A stretch of 62,946 bases of DNA, filler included, from Licmophora abbreviata (Eukaryota): NCBI GenBank assembly GCA_900291995.1. It is 11 parts of 11 records of this genome, joined end to end, with 100 filler letters (N's around TTAATTAATTAA, not from the genome) between each part and the next. Parts side by side here need not be neighbours in the genome. Positions count along the whole stretch, not along the records: positions 24,675 to 40,906 come from OLMU01001733.1; positions 41,007 to 49,148 come from OLMU01001734.1; 9 more parts are not named here. One strand, 5' to 3'. Below are positions 34,112 through 47,195 of the stretch, piece after piece. The notes beneath the pieces are model-generated. The model was not told the DNA's origin and made no database searches. It was given only the letters and a program-made list of their open reading frames with translations. Position numbers and translations under genes: made by a program. The number at the start of each line of letters is the position of its first letter. Position 1 is the first letter of the stretch.

Positions 34112-35839
34112 ATGAGTGACGAGAAGAACGACAGTCTTGAAATATGCTCCCTTCAGGACTTGCATGTGCACCTTGCGACTCCAGTACGAGACTATCTCGC
34201 GTCGCAGTTTCGGGGACTTTACGAGGATGAAGACGGACACGATTCCAAGACGGCTGCATCTATCCAGCACATGAATCGCATACTGGAAGCCATGAAAATT
34301 CCACCCGCAAGAACGATCTGTCGAGTCAATCTTCTTCAGTCGACTCGCGAGCAAGTAGTAGAAGAGCTTCAAACGCACGTTGACGAGTGGCAGCGAGGCA
34401 CAAATTCGACAAATGTGACAACAGTCCGACCGCATTTGATATTCAAAGACGTGGTGTGCATTGAAAGTAGTTACCCGAACACCAACACGGTATCATCGCT
34501 CTCCAACTCTTCGATTCCAATATTACGTGTAAGCAACAACGACATCCCATCATCATCAGCGTCTTCAACTGATACAACGCCACTCTTTCAGTCCTGGTCG
34601 TCTCGTGAGATCCAGGGATGGCCCATGACACACCGTGTCGTAGTATGTGATCGATACTGTGGAGAAGCAGTCCTGCGAGGATCCGATATCTTTGTACGTG
34701 GTGTACTGGCGGCCGACGGTGGGATTGCATCGGGCGACGTTGTGGCAGTCTATGCTGCTGTGGCCTCTGAGCGACGACCGAACGACGCCATAGTGAAGCC
34801 TGTCGCTATAAAGCGAGGCCTGCTATTGAAACGACTGACAGCCTATCATCAGTATGTCTTTTTGGGACTGGGCACAGCATCGTGCTCGCGGTCGGAATTC
34901 TTTTCCTCGCAACAGGGTGTTGCGGTTCGCATGTCGCCGGATCCGCGAATACGTGCTGGACCGGCCCTCCCACCGCTCTCGGGAGTACTGCCGGGCAAGA
35001 TAATGCTACAGAATTTGCCATCTTTACTAGTAGCACATGTGCTGGGTGCACAAGAGGGAGAGGTTATACTGGACATGTGTTCGGCGCCAGGGGGCAAGAC
35101 GAGTCATGTCGCGAGTTTGGTGGGCAATCGGGCTACCATTGTCGCGTGCGATAAGAGTCGGAGGAAGATGGTTTCTGCACGAGCGTTCTTCCGTGTAATG
35201 GGTGCAACATGTATTGTTCCACTGGCCTGGGACTCTACCAACTGTGTCATTCGGGATGGTTCGCCCAGGCAGAGTGTCCACGAGGTGTGTAGCTGACCAT
35301 TTTTGCGTTTTCACGTTTATTTGTACGAGAGGCCCGCGTCAGCTCACCCATGTGAATCGGGATGTGCGAGGTAGATACTGTCTTCAGCATCCGTATCTGA
35401 TAGAGACGACTTGCTTAATGTGAAGGAATTTCACCCTGAGTCGTTCGATCGAATCATCCTGGATCCCCCATGTTCCGCATTGGGATTGCGACCGAAGCTT
35501 CAGATTGACTTTTCCACTGTTGCCGATCTTGAAAAGCACGTTAGGTACCAGCGATCCTTTGTCAAGGAGGCTGTGTCGCTTCTAAAACCTGGAGGAACCC
35601 TGACGTACAGTACTTGTACCATTCATGCGGCCGAAAACGAGCGAATGGTACGTGGCATCCTCGACTCGTACCCCGAGCTGACGCTCGTGCCGATTGGTGT
35701 TGAACTCGGACTGTCTGGTCTACCAGGAATGGGCTTGAGTGATCATGAAAGGCATTGTGTACGACGATTCGATCCCAGTGATGCGGAATGTGATACTATG
35801 GGCTTCTTTGTAGCAAAGTTTGTCAAGTCGACGGCGTGA
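34112..35839 (+). CDS. NSUN6: NSUN6-like RNA m5C methyltransferase with PUA domain
   Basis: CGEAVLRGSDIFVRGV (PUA), LQNLPS, LDMCSAPGGKT, intron 35285-35374, FDRIILDPPCSALG and YSTCT..ENE. Confidence 0.9.
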
Positions 35840-36011
35840 AAGCAGAAATGCAATCGGGAATTCAATTGTTGGTGCCTCTTGCTTCCAGCGTGCACACAAA
35901 AGATCTCGCGTAGACTAGAGTAAGTTGTTTTTCTGCGCTTTGGTTCTGTCGTTAGCTCAGACGACGATGGGTTCGATTCAAGAAGTGCATAGAAAAGAAA
36001 AAAGTAGGCAG

Positions 36012-36085
36012 TACAAGGACCGAGAATCGAACTCGGGACCTCAGCTGTGTTAAAGCCGCGTCATAACCAACTAGACCATCCCTGC
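36012..36085 (-). tRNA. tRNA-Val(AAC)
   Basis: Acceptor stem GCAGGGA/TCCTTGT+A, anticodon arm CGGCT-TT AAC AC-AGCTG, T-arm CCGAG-TTCGATT-CTCGG; oligo-T downstream. Confidence 0.93.
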
Positions 36086-36266
36086 TTTCCATACAAATGA
36101 CGGTGCTCTCACAAATTATAATTCCTTTAAGCTGGCCAATGATGATTTCTTCGTACGAATAATCAGTACTGGTTTCCAAGTAGAACAGAGTTGCCAAGAT
36201 GGCGCACTGGCGTCTAAAAATCGAAACTCCAGATCCAACCATGGGCGACAATGAAGACTGGCTGCG

Positions 36267-39200
36267 ATGTCACTTTATGGCTGCGGCTGTGACTACGCCA
36301 TGAAAAAACCATATGCACGAGGTCAATCTTCGCTGGAAACTGTTTCTGAGGGCACATCGACAAATGATTTGGCTTCTGCGGGTTCCCATCATCTAGATGG
36401 AATTCTTGAAAAACTCAGACCATTCCAGCGAGAAGCGTTCGACTTTGCGACGAAAGGGGTCATCTCCACAAGGCAGTTTAACGGAAGCTCCGCTGAATCG
36501 ATAAGCCAAACTAATGGAAAGAAGCCAGCTAGTAAACGGTTTGAGTATGACCCGGATTTGATCGGAAAGGGGCGAATATTGCTTGCTGATGAGATGGGCT
36601 GCGGGAAGACTGTTACCTCCTTGGCCATCATGACGGCGTTCATGGACGAGTGGCCCCTGCTGATTCTCTGTCCCGCGAGTCTTCGACACACCTGGCCTGC
36701 TGAGATTGAAAAATTCCTGCCATCGATCCCACCCAGCGCCGTATACGTGGTCTCGGGTTTTGATGATGCTGATTTTCATGCGAACGAGAAGAAGAGGAAC
36801 CGCATCAAGGTTGTCGTGGCCACCTATTCTTTGTTGCAGAATCGATCGGCTGCCGCCCGTGTATTGGAAGAATTTCAATTTCAGTGCGCCATCGCTGACG
36901 AATCTCACAATTTAAAGGAACGAAATAGTCAGAGATGCAAGCTCGGCATGCCTCTACTACGGAAGGCTAAGCGGCTCGTGTTGCTCTCGGGAACGCCGGC
37001 ATTGGCCCGACCTGTAGAGCTATGGCCGCAGATTCACTGTATTGCGCCGAATCTTTTTGGGTCGTACACATCCTATACCAAGCACTACTGCAACGCTCGA
37101 CGTGGACGTTTCGGTTGGGACGTATCGGGTCTTTCGAATGCTGATGAACTGCACGAGAAATTGCGACAAATCATGGTGCGCAGATTAAAGAATGATGTCT
37201 TGAGTGAGCTACCACCCAAGCAGCGATCCATTGTTCCAATCAAGATCGACTCTGCAAAAAGGAAAGAATGTTGGGCGCTGATGGAGGAAATGAAGGAGGC
37301 CCGCGTATCGGTGGATCAGCTCGTCGGCGAAGCAGCCCGTAAGGCACATTTTGAATCACGACGCCTACTCATGATTGGGGTATCAGGCAAGCGGCGTTGC
37401 TAAGGCTAATGAAGTTTCCGAGTATTTGCTTGATTGGCTGGCGGGGTCGGCGACACAAAAGATACTTGTCTTTGCGCATCACAAAGAAGTCATGGACACT
37501 TTGGAGCAGTCCATTTCGAGGAAGTACAAAGGGACTGGACACATTCGAATCGACGGCTCAGTGTCGGCCAATGACCGTGCGCTCCGAGTACGCAAGTTTC
37601 AAACGAACTCAAAGATTCGCGTTGCTTTGTTGAGTATGACTGCGGCTGGCGTTGGTTTGACATTGACTGCCGCGAGCTCTGTGCTGTTTGCCGAGCTACA
37701 TTGGACTCCAGGCGTTTTGGCCCAAGCTGAGGACCGGTGCCACCGTATCGGTCAGAACTGTGCTGTAAATGTTATGTATTGTGTTTGTCAGGACCAGGAA
37801 TTGAGTGTCGATATGAGCCTGTGGAAAATGTTAAGCCGGAAAGCCGGGAATCTAGGGCAAGTCATCGATGGCCGCAAGGTATGTACGATGCACCAACGGA
37901 GGCAACTTACGGAGCGAGCAGGTATCGTGATCTAACACCACGATTCCAATAACTTTGTCGCTCAGGACGCGTCCATGAATCTCACAGATGCAGAAAGCAT
38001 GAGCAGCACTGGTCGGTCTGCCGAATCTGCTGAAGATGAACTAGTTAGATTCTTTGCGGAAACATCGACAGAGCAAAAGTCCACGAAAAAACGAGAGCCA
38101 GTAAAAGGGTCTATTCTAAGCTTTTTCAAGCCTGCTGCGGGGAATCAAGCACCACCCATGTCAGAACAGAGTGAACGACCGCTATCAGTGGCGTCGCTGG
38201 GTACGGAGAGGTCCCCGGCCAAACCTTCGATCAACCCCGAATGTCTGCTCGGTGCCAAGTCGTCGTGCTGTGCTACGCAACAGGTTTTGACATCTACTAA
38301 ATGGTCGTGCACGACCTGCACCTTTGAAAATGAGGTACAAGGACCACGACGAAGCTATCTCTCTTGTGAGATGTGCGGCTCCCCTTATGTCGAGATGTTG
38401 GGTGATAGCTCCGACGACGAAATTCTGAGCGTTCCCAATATCCTCAGCTCGACGCAGGATTCAGCGTCAAGTGCGCTCATCGTCATTGACGGCGACGATT
38501 CGGACAAAACCACAGGGATAATAATCCCAAAGCCATCCGAAATGGTTGTGATCGACGTCGATGCTCCTGCGACTCTCAGTGCCGTAACGCCGAGCGCACG
38601 CAAGGCAAAGAGGAGGCGCCTCGAATCGAATACTGCTTGTCTCTTGCACTTTGGTGTGTCGGTCAACAGCGGCCGAGTACTACTTCATTCCGCGTCCGGT
38701 GGAGACCCGCTGCACTGTGGGTTTGACATCGAGGAGGTACTCACAGCGGAATCCAACGACGCATTGCTCAATGTCGCAGTGGCACGAAAGGCTTCAGCCG
38801 TTAAGGCAGTTCGGAAAGTCAATATCGCTTTCAACGATGCATTAGTGTTGAAAGGTACGATGGAGGAGGATCCGCATTCAAAGTGATTACTGTCGCACCC
38901 CTCTCATTAACAGCTTTTCCGCCTGCACTTGATGTTTTAGTTATCCGATCTCTTCCAAGTCCATTCAACGCCAAAGGAAACGAGAGCCAAGCTTCCGAGG
39001 AGCTAAAAGCTTTTGTCACCAAGTATGTCTCGTTACGGCAGGTCGAGAAGGAAGCGCTCAAGTCATCGGGAAATGCTGTCTCTCCCTTCAACCTCGCTCA
39101 AACTGTCGCAAAACTAATGTCAGACTCTGATCAGACGGCGTCGACCACCGAGCGATATTCAGGCGGGGCCAAAGAGCGAGCTGAACAGCGTCGTCAGGAG

Positions 39201-39833
39201 GGTACCGCCACGATTGATGATTACACTGTCCTGGCAGGCAAAGCATGTGCCTGGTGCGCCAACGCATTGCCTCGGACATCGCTGGCCGACAATGTCGAAT
39301 CGACGTACTGCTCAAAGACATGCGCGGAGCAGGGTCGCCTCCGGCGAGGCGGTATGTTTGCGGCCACGCGTGTCCGCGCCCAAGTGTTTGGCCTAGAAGG
39401 TGGAATCTGTCAATTATGTGGTATCGACGCAAACGCGCTCTTCCTGCGGATCTCTGCCCTTCAGCCAGCAGAACGCTTGAATGCACTCTGCAATGCCAAC
39501 TGGAGACTTCCGACCGGCAGTAGTGCACTAGAGCGGCTACTGCAGAATCCAAGGGAGGGCGATTTTTGGCAAGCCGACCACATAGTTGCCGTGGCCGAAG
39601 GTGGAGGCTCCTGCGGTCTAGACAACCTACGTACACTTTGTACGCCTTGCCATAAGGTGGAGACGGACAAATTAAGATCCCGTCTTCGTCTGACCAACGC
39701 GGGGAGCGCGTGTGGACAGCACACAGCCAATGATGGTAGTCGTCCGCAGCAGATGGATATTCGACTAGCCTTCGGTGGAGCACCGAACGCCGACATTCGA
39801 AAGCGTCCCGCTAAAACAGTTAATTTCCCGTAG
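36267..39833 (+). CDS. ZRANB3: ZRANB3-like annealing helicase/endonuclease (SNF2 + RanBP2 ZnF + HNH)
   Basis: LADEMGCGKT, DESH, LLSGTPALARP and QAEDRCHRIGQ; WSCTTCTFEN..CEMC; WQADHIVAVAEGGG..NLRTLCTPCH. Introns 37879-37965 and 38855-38940; 1-nt frameshift at G-run 37377-37380. Confidence 0.92.
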
Positions 39834-40187
39834 ACTGCCCCATCATTCTCTCGTTCCCAGTAAAGTAATTCCATTCATATTGATGTCCTGAATGCTGGTC
39901 CCATAATCACTACCGGTACGGCTAGGGCAAGTCACGGAGCGAAAGAACTTTGAAACGTTGTCCGGCCGGCGCCGTTGCCCTCCGCGGTCCAAAAATAAAA
40001 ACATGAGATCGAAGATTCCAAACTCCATCGAGAGCGATCTGTAAGGCACGATGATGTCCCCTGTTGCGATGTTGATGAATGTGTGTTCAAAGTCGATGAG
40101 CACGAATACCGTGTCTCGCTCATGGTATCAGCGTGAGAATTAGCGAAGCGGGGGCATAGCTGTACATGGCATTGCCCAATCGGTGGA

Positions 40188-43100
40188 ATGAACTCACTTC
40201 AGGCGATGGAAGAGACCCAATCGGCTCCCCCATCGTCGTCATTGCAGTCGTCACCCGCCCCTCCTGACAATGCTGCAACAACTCATCAAGAGACTGCTTC
40301 CTTTTTGGCGGTGGGTCGGATGGTGCATGTCGCGAGTCGCACATGGCCTGGAATCAACAAGCCGGGTGGGGTCGGTCGTATTTCTCGGTGTCATGAATAT
40401 TCCGATGAAAACGGCAATCAAGCGACCACCCATGTCGATGTGCAGTATATTGTCGTCGGAGGACGGGAACGCCTCGTACCCGTTCAGTACGTGCAGTCGG
40501 CCCCTGAATTGGATTATACTGCACCTGACGATTCCATAGCGTCCAAGGCACGACCAGGGGCTGCAAGTTCTGGACTGAGGGACCGATCGATGTTGCTGGG
40601 ACGGTGCAAGCGATGTAATTCGCTCAGAGCCGACTGTGGATCGTGCGATTGGATCGAGCAAGAGCAACTTGCCAAGCAAGCGATGATGGATCAAGCGGTT
40701 AAGGAAGAAAGTTATGTCCCTCAGAGGAGTCGGAGAAAAGCTACAAAGAGATCGGTGGAGTCGCTCTCTTCCTCATCCTCTGATGACGATGAGCTGCTAA
40801 AGGATCTGGTGGAGCGAAGCCGTCGTCGACAACGGCGGAAGAAAGCACAGTGGGATCGATTCTGGAACGACGACGACGACAATGCGTCTGGTCTGGCCAT
40901 TGAGACNNNNNNNNNNNNNNNNNNNNNNNNNNNNNNNNNNNNNNNNNNNNTTAATTAATTAANNNNNNNNNNNNNNNNNNNNNNNNNNNNNNNNNNNNNN
41001 NNNNNNTTTTTTATGTTTGCTCGATTTCAGCGAGGAAATGCATAGCGATTTGTTGCGGAGCCTCATTCGAGAAGGGACCGATCAATGCGAAGCAGCGCTT
41101 CGACGACTGGATAGTCCGAGAGAATACAGTCAGCACAAGAGGAAGTTGTCGCGACAGGAGAGACGTCGACTCAGGGGAGTTTGGCGTGAGTCACGGGACA
41201 TTCGATTGGATGGGTTGCATAAGGCAGTGGACGACATATTGAGAAAGGCGAGGAGCATCGTAGATAGTCTTCGGCCTGAACCAGAACAATCTGACGGGAA
41301 CAGCGCGAGTAGTAGCTGTGACGGCGAGAGTGACAGCGCGAACTCGATTACAGATAAACCCAACGGCTCTCTTCAGGAAGACAATGCCAATTTCGATAAT
41401 CTGATTGCGCTTCCTGCATATGACCCACATATGCATGCCCGAGCAAGCAAGACAATCAGCAAAAGGAAACGGAAGGGAAAAATGGGTTGGTACGTCGATC
41501 GAGAACTGGAACCAAGCCGTCGTCGGGGGACGATGGGGGGCCTTTCAACTTATCACAGCAGCATGCTACCAACCACGGGACATCGAGACGGCATAAAGGA
41601 GCAAAGAGACAGCGTGGAGAGCACTTTGTCTCGTCGGATGCTGTGCGTGGCGTGTGTAACGATGCGGGCGAGGTGACTCATGAGGACACTTCACCACCCT
41701 CCCTCGAAGAATTGCTGGGAACTGACCAGGATTTATTCGCTCCCAGTATGTCGGCCCGCGCGGGCAATGGATCGCGTCTCAACCAGCGCCCCATAAAGGA
41801 TCGAATGGAATCGTTTCTTGCTGCAAACGCTACAAATCTGGGCGCAAATGTTCGCTCTGGTGTCGGATCGAAGTCACATGATGAGCCCCAAGCGTCCACT
41901 TGTTCATCTTTCATGCCGCAACGAGCTCATATCAATGCTGGTCGCCGACAAGAGGGACTCACAGCAAGACACTCTCGGCCGACGCCTGATTTCGAATGCA
42001 ATGATTATGATGACTGCGGTCGCGACGATGCTACATCCTCGCGCGGAGACGAAGCGGACGAGGAATTATCTGTGCAGTCATTCTACGACGCGATCGGCCG
42101 GGAAAAGGCCTCTCGCATCGAAGAGAGCGTGCGCGGCTCCCTTTCCTCTTGTACTCTACCGGACTTGTGTATTCAGCTTCAATGCACCTACCCCGCATCA
42201 CCGCGAGCATGCCTCGTAACTCTTGCATCAATCGATGACATAATGAAGACAGACTCGGCAGCGAGCAGTGCTCAGCTGACAGATCTCTTTCGTTCGATGT
42301 TAACACTTTTACAAGGTCAAGGAAATTTCACATTGGCTGAGGCAATTCACTTTCATAGGGGGGTGTTCCCTCTCCACGTTCAACTACTGGCATTCATTTT
42401 AAACTCACTGAAAAGAGGTGTTCAAGCGTCGCTCGTCGTCGAAGATGGTATCGTGTTTCGAGTCTTTGGTGGGTCGGCAAGTCACTTCATTTCTTCGATT
42501 CTCGCTCAATTTGTGGATGTTCTGTACGCACTTGCTCTTCCTTTGGCCTGGGCGTGTGACCTTCGCGACAAGCGTAGGATATTGGGAGAATTGCAGCCGC
42601 TACGCGATGCATTGGGACAGCTCTGTTTTTTAACTGAATGCGTTTCCCAATGCATCATCGACACGCTGGGGGTTCAAAAGTGGAGGAAGTCGATGGACAA
42701 CAAACACGCGTTTGTATCTTCGATAGACCCCCTCGCATACGCTCATTTCCTCGAATCTGGAAACAAAGGAAACATCACCATTACAGGTATGTATAGGGAT
42801 AACTTTGACCTCTGCAATTTTGATCATCGCCTTACTTACCCTACATGCGATCATATTTGATAGAGCAATGCAGGTACGCTTGTTTCCACGGACGGATTCC
42901 TCGATCCGAAATGAACGCGATCTGGCTCCTTTTGGCGTACGTGGCCGGTGGACCGAAACTCAAGGGGTGCGAAACCTCCTTGCGATGGCGCCTTTTGCTT
43001 CCGTTGTTTTATTCAGAAGCAGGAGTGTTAGCGAAGGAGGCTATTGAACCTTCTACAAATTCAGAGCGATTGCTCCCACCAAGCAGTGTACATCTTCTTG

Positions 43101-46100
43101 CTTGTGAGTCGGAGCTGTACCGCTTTCACAAGCTTCTCATGATAGGTGCTCTGGACCCTCTTCCCGTTTCCGATGGTGTTGCCCTGAAATTGATTCTGAA
43201 AGCGTTAGTCCTTCAGGTTGCTGAATACTCACGTTGTCAAGCTCCGATTGATGCGTATACTTCCGAAATTGACGCAAAGCAGCAACGTCGATCCGTGGAC
43301 CAAGCATGGTTACATACTTGCCTTCTACGAGATTCGCCGGTCCAAGCAGTCATGAATGATTCCTCATCCAATGAGGACAGCTTGTCTGTCTATTGCGGAG
43401 CGTTGATGGATTCCGTTGGCGAGGATGGTCTGTCGGTCCTACCTTACTCCGGGATATTGCGTCGCGCCCTGGTGTCTGTCTTATCATGGGGACGCAGGCT
43501 ACCTCCCAAGAAGGCCCGCAGCGCAAGGTTTAAGACGGCGCTACATGGCCTAGTAGATGACCTTGTCTCTAATGCGAATCTTGCGAGAGGAGAAGCATGT
43601 GCTCATCAGAAAAGCGCGGAACAGACAACGCCATTTTCTGCTGCTTTCGCTTCCTACACTGCTACGAGTGGCAGTGATGTTGGAGAAATATTCTACAAGG
43701 AGTCGGCTTTGCAGCTCTTGCTCATTGGGGCATTATTGAATCGGTCGAATCGAATGGAAAATCACAACCCTCAAGCAGGGCTGCCGGACAGTATACGAGA
43801 AAAGGTGCGAACATGAATTCCCAATCGACTACCCTGCCCCCTTCTAGTCGCACTGACAATCTGTCTACTTCCACTTTTCTAGATCTATCATCTTTCATGT
43901 GACTCTACGGTGAGGACTAGGCAGCTAGTGATCATGAAACAAGAGCACAATACTGGAGCAACTCCGCCTCAGCGTTTTGAAGGCAACATGATAGGGCTTC
44001 TAGCATCGTGCAAGGCAATGGCGCTTACCGCGTTCCTTGATATTGGAATTCATCCCGGCGACGGCGTGGACGCCAAGCTGGCCGATCGTTCTTCTGTCGT
44101 ACCGGCTTCAGACGTTCCCGAGGACCTCCTTATTTTCTATTTGTCTTGTCTCATGGCATGCCTGGAGTGTGCCGTTGATTTACAAGAGCAAGAACAACGA
44201 ACAGGTCTTGACGTGATAGTTAACCCGGTCGTGCAAACAAGCCTCTTCTTACGGGTGGTAGCTTGTGTTTGTATTTGGTCATGCAAAATTGTCTTGCGGG
44301 CAACAGCCTCCATGTCCGCCGAGATTGACGATCTGAACAAGGCATCGCTTGCTCTGGCGTCGAGATGCCTATCAATGGTATCTCGACCAGCGACCAGATG
44401 TCTGGTCGCTCTAGTTTGCACTGGGAAACACAACAGTCACGGAGCTCTCGCCCTGAAGGCTGTTGTGGCTTTGATTCGAGGGGCGGTGTCTTTGCAGAAT
44501 GCCTACAAGAGGTGCTCTCCCGCACCCCAGGACGATACACAAGTCAAGTCGCCATCGCCCACCACATCGAGCATGAACGACGATGAGTTTTTTGGCTCAA
44601 TGGACGACTCTCTTTTTCTGGATCTCAATATGGAAACGCCGGTTTCCAGCAAGAATTCAAGAGAAAACGACAACGAGCAGCAGCAAAATTTCGTTGGCCT
44701 GTGGAACTCTTTGACTGGGCTCCTGGAAGTGTCTAAGGTGCGTTATTACTTCCCTGTCTCCACTTGGCAAGTTGTGTACGTTTCAGGATTGCTTACCAGC
44801 GTTGATGTATCCAATGCAGCCATCGAAACGCTTTGCAGTGCTACCCAGTCAGAATATGAACACCCCTGATGTCGCTTGGGCGAGCATTCCAGGCAGAGCA
44901 CTGGCAGCACACAATGCGGGTGTAGTTTGCTCATGTCTTGCTGCGCTCTCCACCGTGGCTGATTGCAGCACATCGATTCTCGACGGATCTCTAGACTCAC
45001 TCCTTCGGCCTTCGCTCTGCCTTAATCCTTGCTCCAGCGAGGATGCCACAGACTTGCTCTATCTGAAGGGCATTTCGCAGTGTTTCTTGTCCGAAATATG
45101 TCTTTTGGCTAGAGACAACCCGCCGTGCCGTGCTCTAGTTGTAAGAAAGAGTGACGCTGTTTTGCAGCACCTTGTCGAAGCATTACTGGATTCTGGCACC
45201 CTCGAGCGATTTCCGACCGCCAACCTCGATCATATGAGGCAGTACGGCGGTAAAAACGGTCGAATCGAAGGAAACCTCTAGACTCTCAAGAGCCAACCCG
45301 GGCGATTCTGGGCCATTCGAATTGATTGACATGATTGACGCACCGATCCGTCGCCGGACGGAAGAAGACGAGGGATTTCCCGGGCCCATTTACAACAGCA
45401 ACCACGTATGGGCTTTCTATCGCGGTCTGCGAGACGTATCAAGACGGACAGATCTGGGTACCAACACTATCTTACCTGTGGTAGATGCGGACATGCCCTG
45501 TGCGTCACCCGACAAGTTGCTCCAAGTCGTCTGTCTTGAGAGTGAAATAATGAAACGAGCGAAGCTCTTCCGGAGTATTATTACCAAAGCAATTGGCACC
45601 ACCTCAGAGTTCGAGCGGGTCTGTCGTTTGGTTATTGCATCATGCGCCCATAATCTTCTCGCGATAGCTGAGGGTCTGCGATACCATGATGACTCCCGGC
45701 GCAACGAAAAGACGGGCGGAGTTGGCCATTTGACTTACAGGCACTCTAAGCTCCTGGAGCTACAGAGTTGCTACTGTGACTTGGTCGTTGCACTGTTCTC
45801 ACATATTCTGGTACACATGCGCCGTCACCACGGCGATTCTTTCTTGTCGTTGTTGCGACTTGTTCGAGATAATTTCCTGACTCGAGTTCTACAGAAGAAC
45901 TCCGCCGACCTTCTGAGGGTTCTTCGGGACATCCAGTCAGTCTCTACGTTCCAACCTGTTCAAGCTTCTATAGCTCCGACAGTGAAAAAGCCGCCCCATC
46001 TCAAGGAAGACTTATTTGATGCTTGCGTCCGGCGCAGTACCGAGTTTGTGCAACACATTGCATCCGATAACTTGGGTAACGGGTACTCGTTTCACTTCGC

Positions 46101-47031
46101 ACTCGTTGCCGCCGGCATGTCCGTTCGAGAGGATGCAAACACTTTGACCGAAACTGTGGCAGCTGCGTACTATCCAGACATCACAGGAAGCTCTCGTCGG
46201 CGGGAAGGCTCCCTTCTGGAAGAATCCCTCGAAAGATATCTCGGGCTTGTTCGATCTGTGCATGGAGTAGTCAGCCCGCAACTGCTGATGAGCGTCAAGT
46301 ATTTTGCATTAGACAAATTTGTCATCGCAAAACTGAACCAGTCAAATGCATCCATGGACCAGAAAAGGGGTGCGCTTCGACTCTTCCGTGCCATGCTTCG
46401 CTTGGAAAACGAGTCCGCGGGGGAACTGGACGCCCCTCCCTCTTGGAGATCACAACTACTCTGCACCGCATGCAAAGGTATCTCCTTGTGTCTACGTGAA
46501 CTCATCGAGTCGCCGTCAGTTGACGACGAGGCTGCCTCATTGCTGCTTTCTTCTGCCAGACTAGTTGTGACGCTGCCCTACACGGACAAATCCCATTCGT
46601 TGCGCACGTCGGTACTTCGCTGGAGTCACGAATCGATGTCGTCGTCTGTTGAAGCGCGTTACATTGCAACGTTTGTAGGTTGGATCACGGATCTTTCAAC
46701 CGTGGTGGCAGGACAGCACGAAGCGCCACTTTCATCGCTGCGATCACAGGCCGTCTTGCTTCAGCCCGACAAGTCCATTTGGGAAACCACCGATAATTCG
46801 ATCACCTCGCAGTTACCTCTCGTTTCACTCTGGAGACAACTCAGGAGTATCGAAAAGGATTTGTTTGCGACTAAGGAAAACGTGCCGCCGGGCGTCAGAA
46901 ACGTTTACGCCAAGAGTCGCGTCACCAAACGATCACTAGGCACGACGGCATCCATGGAGGACTGGAGACCAAGTCCATTGGTTCGGCGAGCTGCAAAGGA
47001 GTTCCTGGCCGAAGCCTTATCGATTCTGTAG
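40188..47031 (+). CDS. Very large (about 2000 aa) unknown protein: N-terminal SH3/Tudor-like module and CxxC pair, then long helical region
   Basis: Consecutive + strand ORFs joined by introns 42787-42863, 43805-43882 and 44738-44819, and by A-run indels at about 41480 and 45254. Spans the 40907 spacer, so the single-gene model is inferred. Confidence 0.6.
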
Positions 47032-47195
47032 AAAGCTTGGTGAATGTTATTAGCTATCATATCATGGCTACCTATCGGTGTTTGTATTGCGACTCACTCG
47101 TAAGCGAGGTCTGGCCGTCACCCGTGTCGATACACAGAACTCGCCGCGATCTCCGACATCTCGCATCCCATTCATGCAACAGAAAGCCCGTGAGG

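Noticed and set aside
35839..36085. Functional link between NSUN6 and the adjacent tRNA-Val
   Set aside because: Known NSUN6 tRNA substrates are Cys/Thr with U73, and this tRNA has A73; adjacency is likely coincidental.
39550..39670. HNH nuclease as a sign of a homing or mobile element
   Set aside because: It is the normal C-terminal domain of ZRANB3-type proteins.
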